Part shown: positions 19,783-29,311 of the stretch, in pieces
Layout of the letters: each line of letters opens with the position of its first letter
Position numbering within the stretch: the first letter of the stretch is position 1
From: an uncultured Armatimonadia bacterium
GTDB lineage: Bacteria > Armatimonadota > Zipacnadia > CAVVLO01
Reading direction: 5' to 3'
Assembly (NCBI GenBank): GCA_963749155.1
Contig: CAVVLO010000005.1
Coordinates: 320,001 to 384,000 of the forward strand
Length of the DNA: 64,000 nucleotides
The notes under the pieces: generated by a model
The model's database searches: none
Seen by the model: only the letters and a program-made list of their open reading frames with translations
Told to the model about the DNA's origin: nothing
Position numbers and translations under genes: made by a program

Positions 19783-21728
19783 CTAGTGGAATATCTGATA
19801 ACTGGGCAGTCCCGTGACCAGGCCGATTACGGACCATAAGGCGCCGGACACATAGTCGCCAAGGACCAGCCCGAAGAAGAAGGGCAGGCTGTTGCGGTAG
19901 AGACGCAGCCCGCCATAACGCAGCACCAGGCGCTTGATGAGCCAGGCGATGAGGAAAGGCGCCCACAGCCAGATAAGCCCAGGGCCGATACAATAGCCAA
20001 GCGGATGAAGAGGGAAACCGACGAACCGGCTGCGAAGCCAGGTCAGGCCGCCAATCGCACTCGCGGCTGCGCCGACGGCAATCCAGCGGCTGGGTTCGGC
20101 GCGCCAGCCCTGCTTGAGGCCATTGTCCAGCCAGCCCCAGGCTTCATAGTTGGTCCACGCGGCGAAGCCAACGCATTTGGACATCGCTCCATCCGCGTAA
20201 AGCACGTGAAGCACGGCCCACATACCAACAAAAGTCGAGACTACCAGCGCCAGCAGTATGGGGAAGGTAAGCCCCCGCAGGCGGATATGGTTCTCCTGCG
20301 CAAGCTTCAACGATTCGAGCTGGCTTGGCATTATGTGACTACGGTTGAGCCGCCAGAACCAGTGCGCGAGCGCGCCAGTTGCCATATTGCTGGGCCCAAG
20401 CCACTTGGAATCAAACAGGCGGAAGGTGTTGAGAGGCTCGAGATCCCACACTGTATGCTGCCCGGCAGCTTCGGCTCTGACACGCGAGATGGCTATTGAG
20501 AGCAGCACATACATCGCCAGCATCATCGCGGCAAGCAACGGGCGCATCCCCGCCGCTACCCAGAAGCCAAAGAAGACGGCAATCCCCACCCAGAGGCCCC
20601 AGAAAGCCAGCTTGCGCGAGAGAGGCTCGTCCGCATCGTCCCCTTTGGCCGAACTTATCGCAGCTCGATAAAAGGCCTTGAGATGGTTGCGCGTCCCCCA
20701 GAGCAGGATTATCCCAAAGGCGCACCAGGCACCGATGCCTTGCTCCATCAGCATCGGAAAGTTGGGTCCTACCTGAATAGCCAAGTTGCACTGCGATTAT
20801 GGCCTGGAGCTTGGTAAACAGGTAGAAGAACCAGCAGCCGAAGGAGACATCCAGCGGCACCAGATAACACAGGCCGATGGCGAAGGGATACCAGGTGAAG
20901 AACCAGGGCCAGGTGGCATTCCAGGGTGGATTATTAAACTGGATTGGTCTTGCGCGGATCTGGATGCCCGGCACAGCGGGAAAGATGCCATGCAACTCGT
21001 TGAGTAAAGAGAGCCCAAAGGCCACCCCGAAGCCAATCCAGAGCAGGCGGTTCTTGAAGACTGGCTCTCCGCGCGCGGCCGAGGTCAGCACCAGGGGCAG
21101 GCGCACAATGGGGAAGGAGAGCTTCTGGTCTTCGGTCCAGGCCTTCCGTGAGGATGGTCGAAAGGCACATCATTATCCAGCAGGAGGCAAAAATGAAGAG
21201 GGACCAGAAGGCCAGCGGGCGCACCCAAACGCGCCAGGCTTCCTCTTCAAGCAGCGAGCTGCCTCCCTGGAAATACCCTTTGAGCGCGTCCTTGTCCCAG
21301 ACCAGCAGCCACTTTGGCAGATGGCCGAATATTAAGGATTCCCACTGGTTTTCAGGGCTTGCGAACCATCTGAGCCAGCCGATTTCGGAGACCAGATTGA
21401 TAATGTAGTCGTGGGTGGCGATGGTGCAGCTCATCACGAGCATTACGTAGATGACCACCAACTCGCTTGTTTTGAGCGCGAGTTTTGGGAAGAAACGATG
21501 CACAAGCAGATTAAGCATTACCAGCCCGAAAAGCCAGGCGATAGGGGTAACGAAGAGCGGATTAAGGGTGAGAATCAGATAATAACGAAGCTCAGCCGCG
21601 ATCACCCAGTAGACGTTGAAGGGCACCAGCACAAGGCCAATCAGGATGCTGCGCCAGGTAACGCGCCAGGGTTCGCTGACAGGCTGAGGCGCCGGCGCTA
21701 GAGGACGAGGTTCTGATTGCTCGGACAT
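19783..21728 (-). CDS. Polytopic membrane protein, DUF6785/DUF6784-like putative transporter, frameshifted near 21148 and 20775
   Basis: VTWRSILIG, ELVVIYVM, LSFPIVRLPL, FPLHPLGY, LRYGGLRLYR..PFFFGLVLGD; many hydrophobic helices. Confidence 0.7.
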
Positions 21729-21886
21729 GCAGGCTGGGCTCCTTCTGGATGAAACTCCGCTGTAATTAGCCCTTGCCCTGAGGCTTCCTGCAAAGCAGGA
21801 GAGGCAGCTTTACACAAGAAGTTAGCCATATCCTTGAAGTGGGGGGCGGTGCAACGTGGCTTTGCCAGGCTTGCTAGTGCTCGCTA

Positions 21887-23293
21887 GTGCTGCTGTGTGG
21901 TTTGGTCTGGGCTGCGGAGCCAACCTGGGCGCCAGTCGGGTGGAATTCCGAGCAGGATTTGGTAAAGCTTGGCTCAAGGCTCGAGCTTTTCGTTGATGAT
22001 TTTCTTCTGGAGCGCCTCGAAGGGGCCGAATTGCGCTTGAATCAGCCTCGCACTGAGGAGGTGGCTCTGGTGCTGGACGCGCCCTGGGAAGGCAACACCA
22101 GCGCCTATGCAAGCGTGCTGCAAACCCCTGAGGGCTTCTTTATGTATTACCGGGCTTCGGGCGACATCGGCGTATCACAGCCTGAAGTGACTTGCGTAGC
22201 CACCAGCCCGGATGGCCTCCACTGGAGCCGGCCGGAGCTAGGGCTTTACGAAGCCGCCGGCACCAGGGCCAATAACATAATCCTGATGGGCGAAGAAGCC
22301 TGCCACAACTTCGCGCCCTTCTATGACACCAATCCTGCCTGCCCGCCAGAGCAGCGCTACAAGGCCCTTGGGGGAAGCACCAGGGCCTGGCAAGGCCATG
22401 ACTTAATCGCCTATGTCAGCGCCGATGGCCTGCATTGGCAAAGGCTACGGGAAGAGGCTGTGATTACCGAGGGAGCTTTCGACTCGCTCAATGTGAGTTT
22501 CTGGGACGAGGTTCGCGGCTGCTATATGGCCTTCCCGCGTGATTTCACAGAGGGCAGGCGCACCTTCCGCGTGACCTGGAGTGAGGATTTCCTTGCCTGG
22601 GCCCCAAGCCGGTGGAGCGAGAGGACCAACGAGATTGCCACGCAGCTTTACACGACAGCAATCCGGCCTTACTTCCGCGCGCCGCATTTGCTGCTTGGCT
22701 TCCCCAAGCGGTTCTTCGAAGAACGCAAGGTGCTGCCAGAACGTCCCTATCCTGGCATCTCGGATGCTGGGTTTATGACCAGCCGCGATGCCGTGCATTT
22801 TTATCTCTGGCCTGAAGCCTTCGTCAGGCCTGGCCTGGATATCGCCGAATGGGCTGACCGCAGCCATATGGTAGCGGCAGGACTGGCCCAGACAGGCGAT
22901 CAGGAACTTTCGCTCTATATCAGCGAGCGTTATCAGTCGGAGGGAGCGCGTTTCCGCAGGCTAAGCCTGCCCCTGGACCGGTTTGCCTCTCTCCAGGCAG
23001 GGTCAAGTGGGGGAGAAGTAATCACGAAACTTTTCACCTTCGAGGGAAGTGCCTTACGACTAAATTGCTCGACCTCGGCTGGCGGGAGCGTGCAGGTGGA
23101 AATCCAGGACAGGAGTGGCGCGCCTGTGCCAGGTTTCGAGCTGGAGCGATGCCATCAGGTCATCGGAGATGGCTTCGAACTGGCTGTAGACTGGGAAGGG
23201 GAACCAGCTCTGGCCAGGTTGGCCGGCACCCCTGTGAGGCTGCGGCTTGCGCTTGTTGATGCGGATGTCTACGCTTTCCGGTTTGGTGATTAG
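21887..23293 (+). CDS. Secreted beta-propeller glycosidase-like protein
   Basis: ELFVDD, repeated SxDGxxW Asp boxes, FDSLNV, C-terminal beta-sandwich (LRLN...PVRLR...DVYAFRF). Start uncertain. Confidence 0.7.
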   Translation: MLLCGLVWAAEPTWAPVGWNSEQDLVKLGSRLELFVDDFLLERLEGAELRLNQPRTEEVALVLDAPWEGNTSAYASVLQTPEGFFMYYRASGDIGVSQPEVTCVATSPDGLHWSRPELGLYEAAGTRANNIILMGEEACHNFAPFYDTNPACPPEQRYKALGGSTRAWQGHDLIAYVSADGLHWQRLREEAVITEGAFDSLNVSFWDEVRGCYMAFPRDFTEGRRTFRVTWSEDFLAWAPSRWSERTNEIATQLYTTAIRPYFRAPHLLLGFPKRFFEERKVLPERPYPGISDAGFMTSRDAVHFYLWPEAFVRPGLDIAEWADRSHMVAAGLAQTGDQELSLYISERYQSEGARFRRLSLPLDRFASLQAGSSGGEVITKLFTFEGSALRLNCSTSAGGSVQVEIQDRSGAPVPGFELERCHQVIGDGFELAVDWEGEPALARLAGTPVRLRLALVDADVYAFRFGD

Positions 23294-23412
23294 CAGGAGA
23301 GGCGGAAGACGCCGCCAATTCTTTATATTGATTCGCGATAAGCTCCCTATTGAATTAAGGGGGCTTTTCTGCAATAGTATTGGGTCGCTGCAGCTACCCA
23401 GGAGGAGCCCTT

Positions 23413-24486
23413 ATGATTGAGCTGAAGGACCTGATAGTCAGGTGCGCCGAAGTGCGTGCTTCCGACCTCTTTATAAAAGAGGGCGTGCCCCCTGCGATGA
23501 GAAGGACTGGCTCCATCGAAGTGCTTCAGGAGTTCGAAGAACTGAGTTCTGACGACACTCAACGGCTTGCTTACAGCGTAATGACCGACGACCAGATAGC
23601 CGAGTTCGAGCTGAACCATGAGCTTGACGTGGGCGTAACGGTCCCGGGCGTAGCGCGACTCAGAATCAACGTCTTCCAGCAGATGGGCAGTATCGCGATG
23701 GTCGTGCGTTTGATCCCCATCGTCGTTCAGACCATTGATGAACTGGGCTTGCCTCAGGTGCTGAAGAAGATTGTAATGCGGCGTCAGGGCTTGCTGCTGG
23801 TAACTGGGCCGACAGGTTCAGGTAAGTCCACGACCCTCGCGGCGATGATAGACCATATCAACTCGACGATGCACAAGCATATCATCACCATCGAGGATCC
23901 AGTCGAGTATGTTCACAGCGACCGCAGTTGTATTATCAGCCAGCGCGAGGTAGGCCTTGATACCAACTCTTTCTCGGCCGCGCTGAAGTACGTAGTCCGA
24001 GAAAGCCCCGATGTCATCCTTATCGGTGAGATGCGCGATGCCGAGACAATGACCGTAGCCCTGCAGGCGGCAGAGACTGGCCATCTGGTCTTCTCGACCC
24101 TGCACACGAACAGCGCCTCGGAGACCATCGAGCGTATCATCAACATATTCCCGCCCCATGACAAACCGCAGATCTCGCTGAGACTTGCGAACTCGCTGGT
24201 AGGGGCTGTTTCGCAGGCGCTGGTGCCGCGTTCGGACCGCACTGGCCGAGTGGCAGCGCAGGAGATAATGATCGTCACACCGACAATCGCCAAGCTTATA
24301 GAGGAAGGCCGTTCCTCGCAGATTTACGAGTATATTGATCAGGGCCGGCAGCACTGGGAGATGCAAACGATGAACCAGTGTCTGGTCGAATATTTCAAGC
24401 AGGGGCTAATCTCGGCCGAGATGGCCCTTGAATATGCCGGAAACCGCACTGAGATGCGCCAGATGCTGCGCCGCGAAGCGCAATAG
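23413..24486 (+). CDS. pilT: PilT/PilU family type IV pilus retraction ATPase (copy 1)
   Basis: ASDL, GPTGSGKST, TIEDPVE, GEMRD, ETGHLV.STLH; AIRNLIRE motif degenerate (TIAKLIEE). Confidence 0.9.
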   Translation: MIELKDLIVRCAEVRASDLFIKEGVPPAMRRTGSIEVLQEFEELSSDDTQRLAYSVMTDDQIAEFELNHELDVGVTVPGVARLRINVFQQMGSIAMVVRLIPIVVQTIDELGLPQVLKKIVMRRQGLLLVTGPTGSGKSTTLAAMIDHINSTMHKHIITIEDPVEYVHSDRSCIISQREVGLDTNSFSAALKYVVRESPDVILIGEMRDAETMTVALQAAETGHLVFSTLHTNSASETIERIINIFPPHDKPQISLRLANSLVGAVSQALVPRSDRTGRVAAQEIMIVTPTIAKLIEEGRSSQIYEYIDQGRQHWEMQTMNQCLVEYFKQGLISAEMALEYAGNRTEMRQMLRREAQ

Positions 24487-24509
24487 GCTGGCTTTTTGGG
24501 AGAGCCTTT

Positions 24510-25571
24510 ATGAGTTTTGTTTTAGACGAATTATTGCGCACTATGGTCGAAGCTGGAGGGTCCGACCTCCATGTCAGGGCCGGCGAACCGCCGGTTATTC
24601 GCGTAGACGGATTGCTCAGGCGACTCAATATGCCTGCGATGTCCGCCGAGGACACCCATGGCCTGGCATACGGGCTTATGGATGGAGACCGGCGGGAGAA
24701 GTTCGAACGCAACTGGGAACTTGATATGTCCTACGAACTGCATGAAGTATCGCGTTTCCGGGTCAATATGTTCCGTCAGCAAGGCGCGGTCGGTATGGTG
24801 CTGCGCGCCATCCCCATCGACATCAAGACCATTGACGAGCTTGCGCTGCCTCCGGTGCTGAAGGAGATATCGCTTCGCCCCCGAGGTTTCGTGCTGGTCA
24901 CTGGACCTACTGGTTCGGGCAAGTCAACGACACTGGCGGCGATGATCCACTTCATCAACACGACGAAGCGGTCGCATATCATCACCATCGAGGACCCGAT
25001 AGAGTTCATCCACCAGGATCGGATGTCGGCGCTCAACCAGCGCGAGGTAGGGATGGACACTCACGGCTTCTCGCATGCGCTGAAGCACGTTATGAGACAA
25101 AATCCTGACGTCATCCTGGTCGGCGAGATGCGCGACCTCGAGACAATCGGCCTGGCAATCACAGCGGCTGAGACTGGCCATCTGGTATTTGCCACTTTGC
25201 ATACTACCGATGCGGCGCAGACGGTAGACCGTATCATCGACGTTTTCCCGCCAGCCCAGCAGCAGCAGGTGCGTATGCAGCTGGCCGTAACGCTTGAGGC
25301 GGTAGTCTGCCAGACGCTGCTGCCTATGGCCGAAGGCAAGGGGCGCGTGCCGGCCTTCGAGGTTATGCTTGCGACGCCTGCTATCCGGGCTAACATCCGC
25401 GAGGGCAAGACCCATCAGATCCCCACGCTTATCCAGACGGGTATGGATAGAGGTATGTTCACTCTGGACCAGGATCTGCTGCGGCTGGTGCGCGACAGGA
25501 AGATAAAATACGAGGACGCGCTTTCCAAGGCGCAGTCTCCACGCGAGTTTGAACAGCTTGCACGGCGCTAA
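24510..25571 (+). CDS. pilT: PilT twitching motility ATPase (copy 2)
   Basis: GSDLH, GPTGSGKST, EDPIE, GEMRD, ETGHLV, AIRANIRE. Confidence 0.93.
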   Translation: MSFVLDELLRTMVEAGGSDLHVRAGEPPVIRVDGLLRRLNMPAMSAEDTHGLAYGLMDGDRREKFERNWELDMSYELHEVSRFRVNMFRQQGAVGMVLRAIPIDIKTIDELALPPVLKEISLRPRGFVLVTGPTGSGKSTTLAAMIHFINTTKRSHIITIEDPIEFIHQDRMSALNQREVGMDTHGFSHALKHVMRQNPDVILVGEMRDLETIGLAITAAETGHLVFATLHTTDAAQTVDRIIDVFPPAQQQQVRMQLAVTLEAVVCQTLLPMAEGKGRVPAFEVMLATPAIRANIREGKTHQIPTLIQTGMDRGMFTLDQDLLRLVRDRKIKYEDALSKAQSPREFEQLARR

Positions 25572-25622
25572 TAGTGTAAAGCAACGTCACGACCTGAACT
25601 GGCATAAAAAGGACAAGGCAAA

Positions 25623-26714
25623 ATGGATTTGACTCTCGACGCGCTACTTAGAGAATGTGTAGACAGGGACGCTTCGGACTTGCACGTGAAATCCGACTCA
25701 AAACCGCTGCTAAGACGATATGGCGATCTGTCTCCGATAGAAGAATTTCCCGTTATCCCTGCCGCCCAGGCGCGCGAACTGGCTTATTCCGTGCTCGAAG
25801 AATGGCAGATAGAGCAGTTCGAACGCGATTGGGAGCTTGACGTGGCCTATGAGATACCCGGCATAGCCCGTTTTCGAGGCAATGTGCTGGTCCAAAGAGG
25901 CCGGGTCGGTTCGGTCTGGCGCGTAATCCCCTACAAAATCAGCACAATGGAAGAACTCGGTCTGCCGCCGGCCTGTCGTTATTTGTCCGAGCGCCCCAGG
26001 GGCCTCGTGCTGGTTACAGGGCCTGCCGGCTCGGGCAAGTCGACGACCCAGTCCGCGATGATCAACTACATCAACGAGAGCTTCGAGCATCATGTAGTTA
26101 CCGTTGAGGACCCAGTCGAGTTCGTTCACGAAGACAAGAAGGCCCTGGTCAATCAGCGCGAGCTGAACCGGGACACTCGGTCCTTCGCCAACGCGCTCAA
26201 ATACGTTTTGCGTCAGGACCCGGACGTCATCCTCATCGGTGAGATGCGCGACCTTGAAACGATTGGACTAGCCATCACCGCCGCGGAGACTGGCCACCTG
26301 GTGTTCGGCACGTTGCACACGCAGGACGCTGTCCAGACTATCGACCGGGTAATAGACGTTTTCCCGACCCATCAGCAGGCCCAGGTGCGTATCCAGATGG
26401 CCTCCAACCTGCTTGGGGTTATCTCGCAGACCCTGGTGAAAAGGGCTGATGGCAAAGGCCGGATAGCCGCTTACGAGGTAATGCTTGCGGTGCCTGCGGT
26501 GCGCAACATGATCCGCGAGAGCAAGACCCACCAGATCCACTCGGTGCTTCAGACGGCGACAAAACAGGGCATGATGACCCTCGACCAGTCGCTGGCCGGA
26601 CTGGTGAAACGCAAGCTAATCACCTACGAAGACGCCTACGAGAAGACGACCAACCCGAGTGCTTTCGCTACTCTGGTAGGCGAGGGCGGGGGCGTCATCG
26701 GCGCGCAGCAATAA
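25623..26714 (+). CDS. pilT: PilT twitching motility ATPase (copy 3)
   Basis: ASDLH, GPAGSGKST, EDPVE, GEMRD, ETGHLV, AVRNMIRE. Confidence 0.93.
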   Translation: MDLTLDALLRECVDRDASDLHVKSDSKPLLRRYGDLSPIEEFPVIPAAQARELAYSVLEEWQIEQFERDWELDVAYEIPGIARFRGNVLVQRGRVGSVWRVIPYKISTMEELGLPPACRYLSERPRGLVLVTGPAGSGKSTTQSAMINYINESFEHHVVTVEDPVEFVHEDKKALVNQRELNRDTRSFANALKYVLRQDPDVILIGEMRDLETIGLAITAAETGHLVFGTLHTQDAVQTIDRVIDVFPTHQQAQVRIQMASNLLGVISQTLVKRADGKGRIAAYEVMLAVPAVRNMIRESKTHQIHSVLQTATKQGMMTLDQSLAGLVKRKLITYEDAYEKTTNPSAFATLVGEGGGVIGAQQ

Positions 26715-26741
26715 CGGCAACCGCCAGTTAGCAGTTTCGGC

Positions 26742-26771
26742 AACCCCGTCCCTTACTTTGGACGGGGTTTT
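26742..26771 (+). terminator. Rho-independent terminator
   Basis: AACCCCGTCC/GGACGGGGTT stem ending in a T run. Confidence 0.7.
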
Positions 26772-26837
26772 GCTTGCAGGCTTCAGTTTGCGCCTGGCGA
26801 AAACAGAAGTGACGGTAGCAAGAATGGCATTTGGGAA

Positions 26838-27971
26838 GTGACTTGGTTGCCTCAACAGCACACCACCTGGGCTGAAGTGGATTTGGCGGCTCTTGCCCAT
26901 AATCTGAGCGAGGTCAGGCGCAGGCTTGCCGGACGCGCTGAGCTAGCCGCCGTTGTGAAGAGCAACGCTTACGGCCATGGGGCGCGTGAGTGCGCCCAGG
27001 CCTTGGTCGCCGCAGGGGCTAGCTGGCTTGCGGTTTCCAGCCCTGCTGAGATTGCCGAACAAGGGCTGCGCGAAGTAGCGCCAGGCATGCCAATCCTGGC
27101 GATGATCTCCCTGATGCCGGGCGAGCTGGGCTGGGTGGATGACGAGACAAGAGTCACACTTTCCTCGCTCGAGCAAGCTCGCGCGCTGGAAGAGGCGCTT
27201 TCTGGCACAGGGCGCAGGCTGACGGTCCATCTGAAAGCCGATACTGGGATGGGTCGCCTCGGCCAGTGGGGAGACAAGTTTCTGGAGCTGGCCCGGTATG
27301 CCCAAAAGTCGGCCAGTTTCGAGGTGGAAGGCCTTTTTACCCATCTGGCGCAGGCTTCACCAGGGGCTCCCTCGCTTGCTCCCCAGGTTGGCGAATTTGA
27401 CAGGCTGCGGGCCGAACTCGGCCGGGAAGGCTTGCTGCCTCCGGTAGTGCACCTGGCTGCCTCAGGCGGGATGTTTGTCGCGCCTTTCGAGGGCTGCAAT
27501 CTGGTGAGATGCGGCTTGCTGCTGTATGGCGGCTATCCTGACGGTTCAGAATCGGTTCCTCTCGAACTACGGCCAGTGATGAAGCTTGCAAGCCGGCTTG
27601 TGCAGGTGAAGTGGATGCCGAAAGGCGCAGGGGTCTCCTACAACCATCTCTATCACCTGGAGCGCGACAGTCTGGTGGCCGTTGCGCCAATCGGTTATGC
27701 GGAAGGGCTCAGCATACAGCTCACTAATCGCGGCTTCGCGCTGGTACGCGGACAGCGGTGCCGAATCCTCGGGCGCGTCTGTATGGGGATGACCTTGCTC
27801 GATGTCACCGAGGTAGAGGGCGCTGCTTTCGGTGACGAGGCAGTCTTCCTGGGCGCCCAGGGCAACGACCGTATCACTATGGAAGAAATCGCCAAGTGGG
27901 CAGGGACGGCCAGGCACGCTGTTACCACAACGATATCGCCGCTCATACCCAGAGTTTTTACAAATTTATAA
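26838..27971 (+). CDS. alr: Alanine racemase
   Basis: AVVKSNAYGHG (PLP lysine), HLKADTGMGRLG, GVSYN, GRVCM. Confidence 0.93.
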   Translation: MTWLPQQHTTWAEVDLAALAHNLSEVRRRLAGRAELAAVVKSNAYGHGARECAQALVAAGASWLAVSSPAEIAEQGLREVAPGMPILAMISLMPGELGWVDDETRVTLSSLEQARALEEALSGTGRRLTVHLKADTGMGRLGQWGDKFLELARYAQKSASFEVEGLFTHLAQASPGAPSLAPQVGEFDRLRAELGREGLLPPVVHLAASGGMFVAPFEGCNLVRCGLLLYGGYPDGSESVPLELRPVMKLASRLVQVKWMPKGAGVSYNHLYHLERDSLVAVAPIGYAEGLSIQLTNRGFALVRGQRCRILGRVCMGMTLLDVTEVEGAAFGDEAVFLGAQGNDRITMEEIAKWAGTARHAVTTTISPLIPRVFTNL

Positions 27972-28127
27972 CAAACAAGACGGGGATGTCTCTGCGCGAT
28001 ATTCTAAGCAAAGTTTAATATAGAAGTTTAAGCAAACTGCCCCACAAACCCACCTGAGGGTGGTAGAATTACACCTTAGGTCCCCTTCGTGGCAACGCAT
28101 CGCAGATACAACGGGAGCAGGCAGTTA

Positions 28128-29210
28128 ATGGCGGCGTCTTCTAGCGCCGATTCGGCACGCCCTACACTGACGGAACTGCTACAGGCAGTGTGGCAAGCGG
28201 CTCAAACCAAGGGCGATTGCAAACGCATGGCGAAAGCTCTGGACGAAGCAAGGCCCTACTTCGTCTGGTTGGCCCGCCGGTTTGCTCCCGAGGTAGAGGT
28301 CGACGACTGCGTGCAGGAAGGGCTCGAAGGATTACTTCAGGCAGTGGGCAGATACGACCCGGACAAAGGGGTGCAATTCGCAACTTACGCGATGCCGCAC
28401 GTCACCGGACGAATGCGACACTTTCTGAGAGCGCGACGAGGCTGCGCGCAAGCAGGCGAAGGAGGTTCAGGTCGCCAGGGCAGGCCTGTGACCGCAACCG
28501 AGCCTTTGCCCGAGGACGAGTTTTGCTGGGAAATGGGCAATCCCAGGCCCGAATCGAGATTGTCAGAGCCTGAAGCAAATGCGTTTCTTGCCCTTGCGAT
28601 GGAGCGACTTCGCCCTGACGAACGTCAGGCGCTATCAGTTTTCTGGCGCGAGGGCTGCAACGAAAGCGCTTTGGCCAGAGCGTTGAAATTATCAAGACCG
28701 CACGCGCACGCTTTATTGCAACGAGTCAGGAGTAAACTGGCAGCTTTTATGGATGAACCAAAAGGCCCCACGGCCCAGGTCACAATCGGACGCAAATTTG
28801 CCTCACAAGTCACGCTGGCTCCCCGGCCTGAGCCTCTGGATGCCTTTATCCAGCAGGAAATCGAACTAGGGACGCTTTTTGTGGATGCAATAGCGGCGCT
28901 TTCCCAGCCTGAAGCAGGGGCAAAACTTGCCGACTGGCTTCAGCGGGTGCAACTGGCCTTCAAAGCTGCCCTGCCGCCTAATACAGTTGTGCGCAAGAAC
29001 GGCAGATTCCGGATCTGTGCTCTCTGGAGCGCCCAGGATGTGCAGGCCGAAGCGGTCTTCCAGCGGATTGCGGCCGAAGCGCTGGAAGCTTCTCGCGAAC
29101 TGGAACTGGCCGAGTTTGTACGCGTGGGCAGGGCCAGCACCGGAAAGCACGGCAGCACCTTCGAAGAGCTGCTGGGGCATGCTCTGGCTCAGGCCAGAAA
29201 GCTCACTTAA
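28128..29210 (+). CDS. Sigma-70 factor (SigB/F/FliA-like regions 2 and 4) with a C-terminal degenerate GGDEF-like domain
   Basis: DDCVQEGLEGLLQAVGRYDPDKGVQFATYA; region 4 LRPDERQAL...LARALKLSR; about 150-aa extra C-terminus. Start 28089 or 28128. Confidence 0.75.
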   Translation: MAASSSADSARPTLTELLQAVWQAAQTKGDCKRMAKALDEARPYFVWLARRFAPEVEVDDCVQEGLEGLLQAVGRYDPDKGVQFATYAMPHVTGRMRHFLRARRGCAQAGEGGSGRQGRPVTATEPLPEDEFCWEMGNPRPESRLSEPEANAFLALAMERLRPDERQALSVFWREGCNESALARALKLSRPHAHALLQRVRSKLAAFMDEPKGPTAQVTIGRKFASQVTLAPRPEPLDAFIQQEIELGTLFVDAIAALSQPEAGAKLADWLQRVQLAFKAALPPNTVVRKNGRFRICALWSAQDVQAEAVFQRIAAEALEASRELELAEFVRVGRASTGKHGSTFEELLGHALAQARKLT

Positions 29211-29311
29211 GCGACACCTTTCCTCTTACGTCTGACGCGCTTCCTCTGCTATTATGCCTCTTGGGCAGGGCGTTGCCTTGCCTGCCTGCTAGCCAAGTGG
29301 GAGGTCGTGTG

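Noticed and set aside
23413..26714. Assembly-duplication artefact for the three pilT genes
   Set aside because: The copies are clearly diverged in protein and DNA sequence
27972..28127. c-di-GMP riboswitch upstream of the sigma-GGDEF gene
   Set aside because: GCAAA is present, but the GNRA stem and second-stem architecture could not be built by eye; an Rfam scan would settle it
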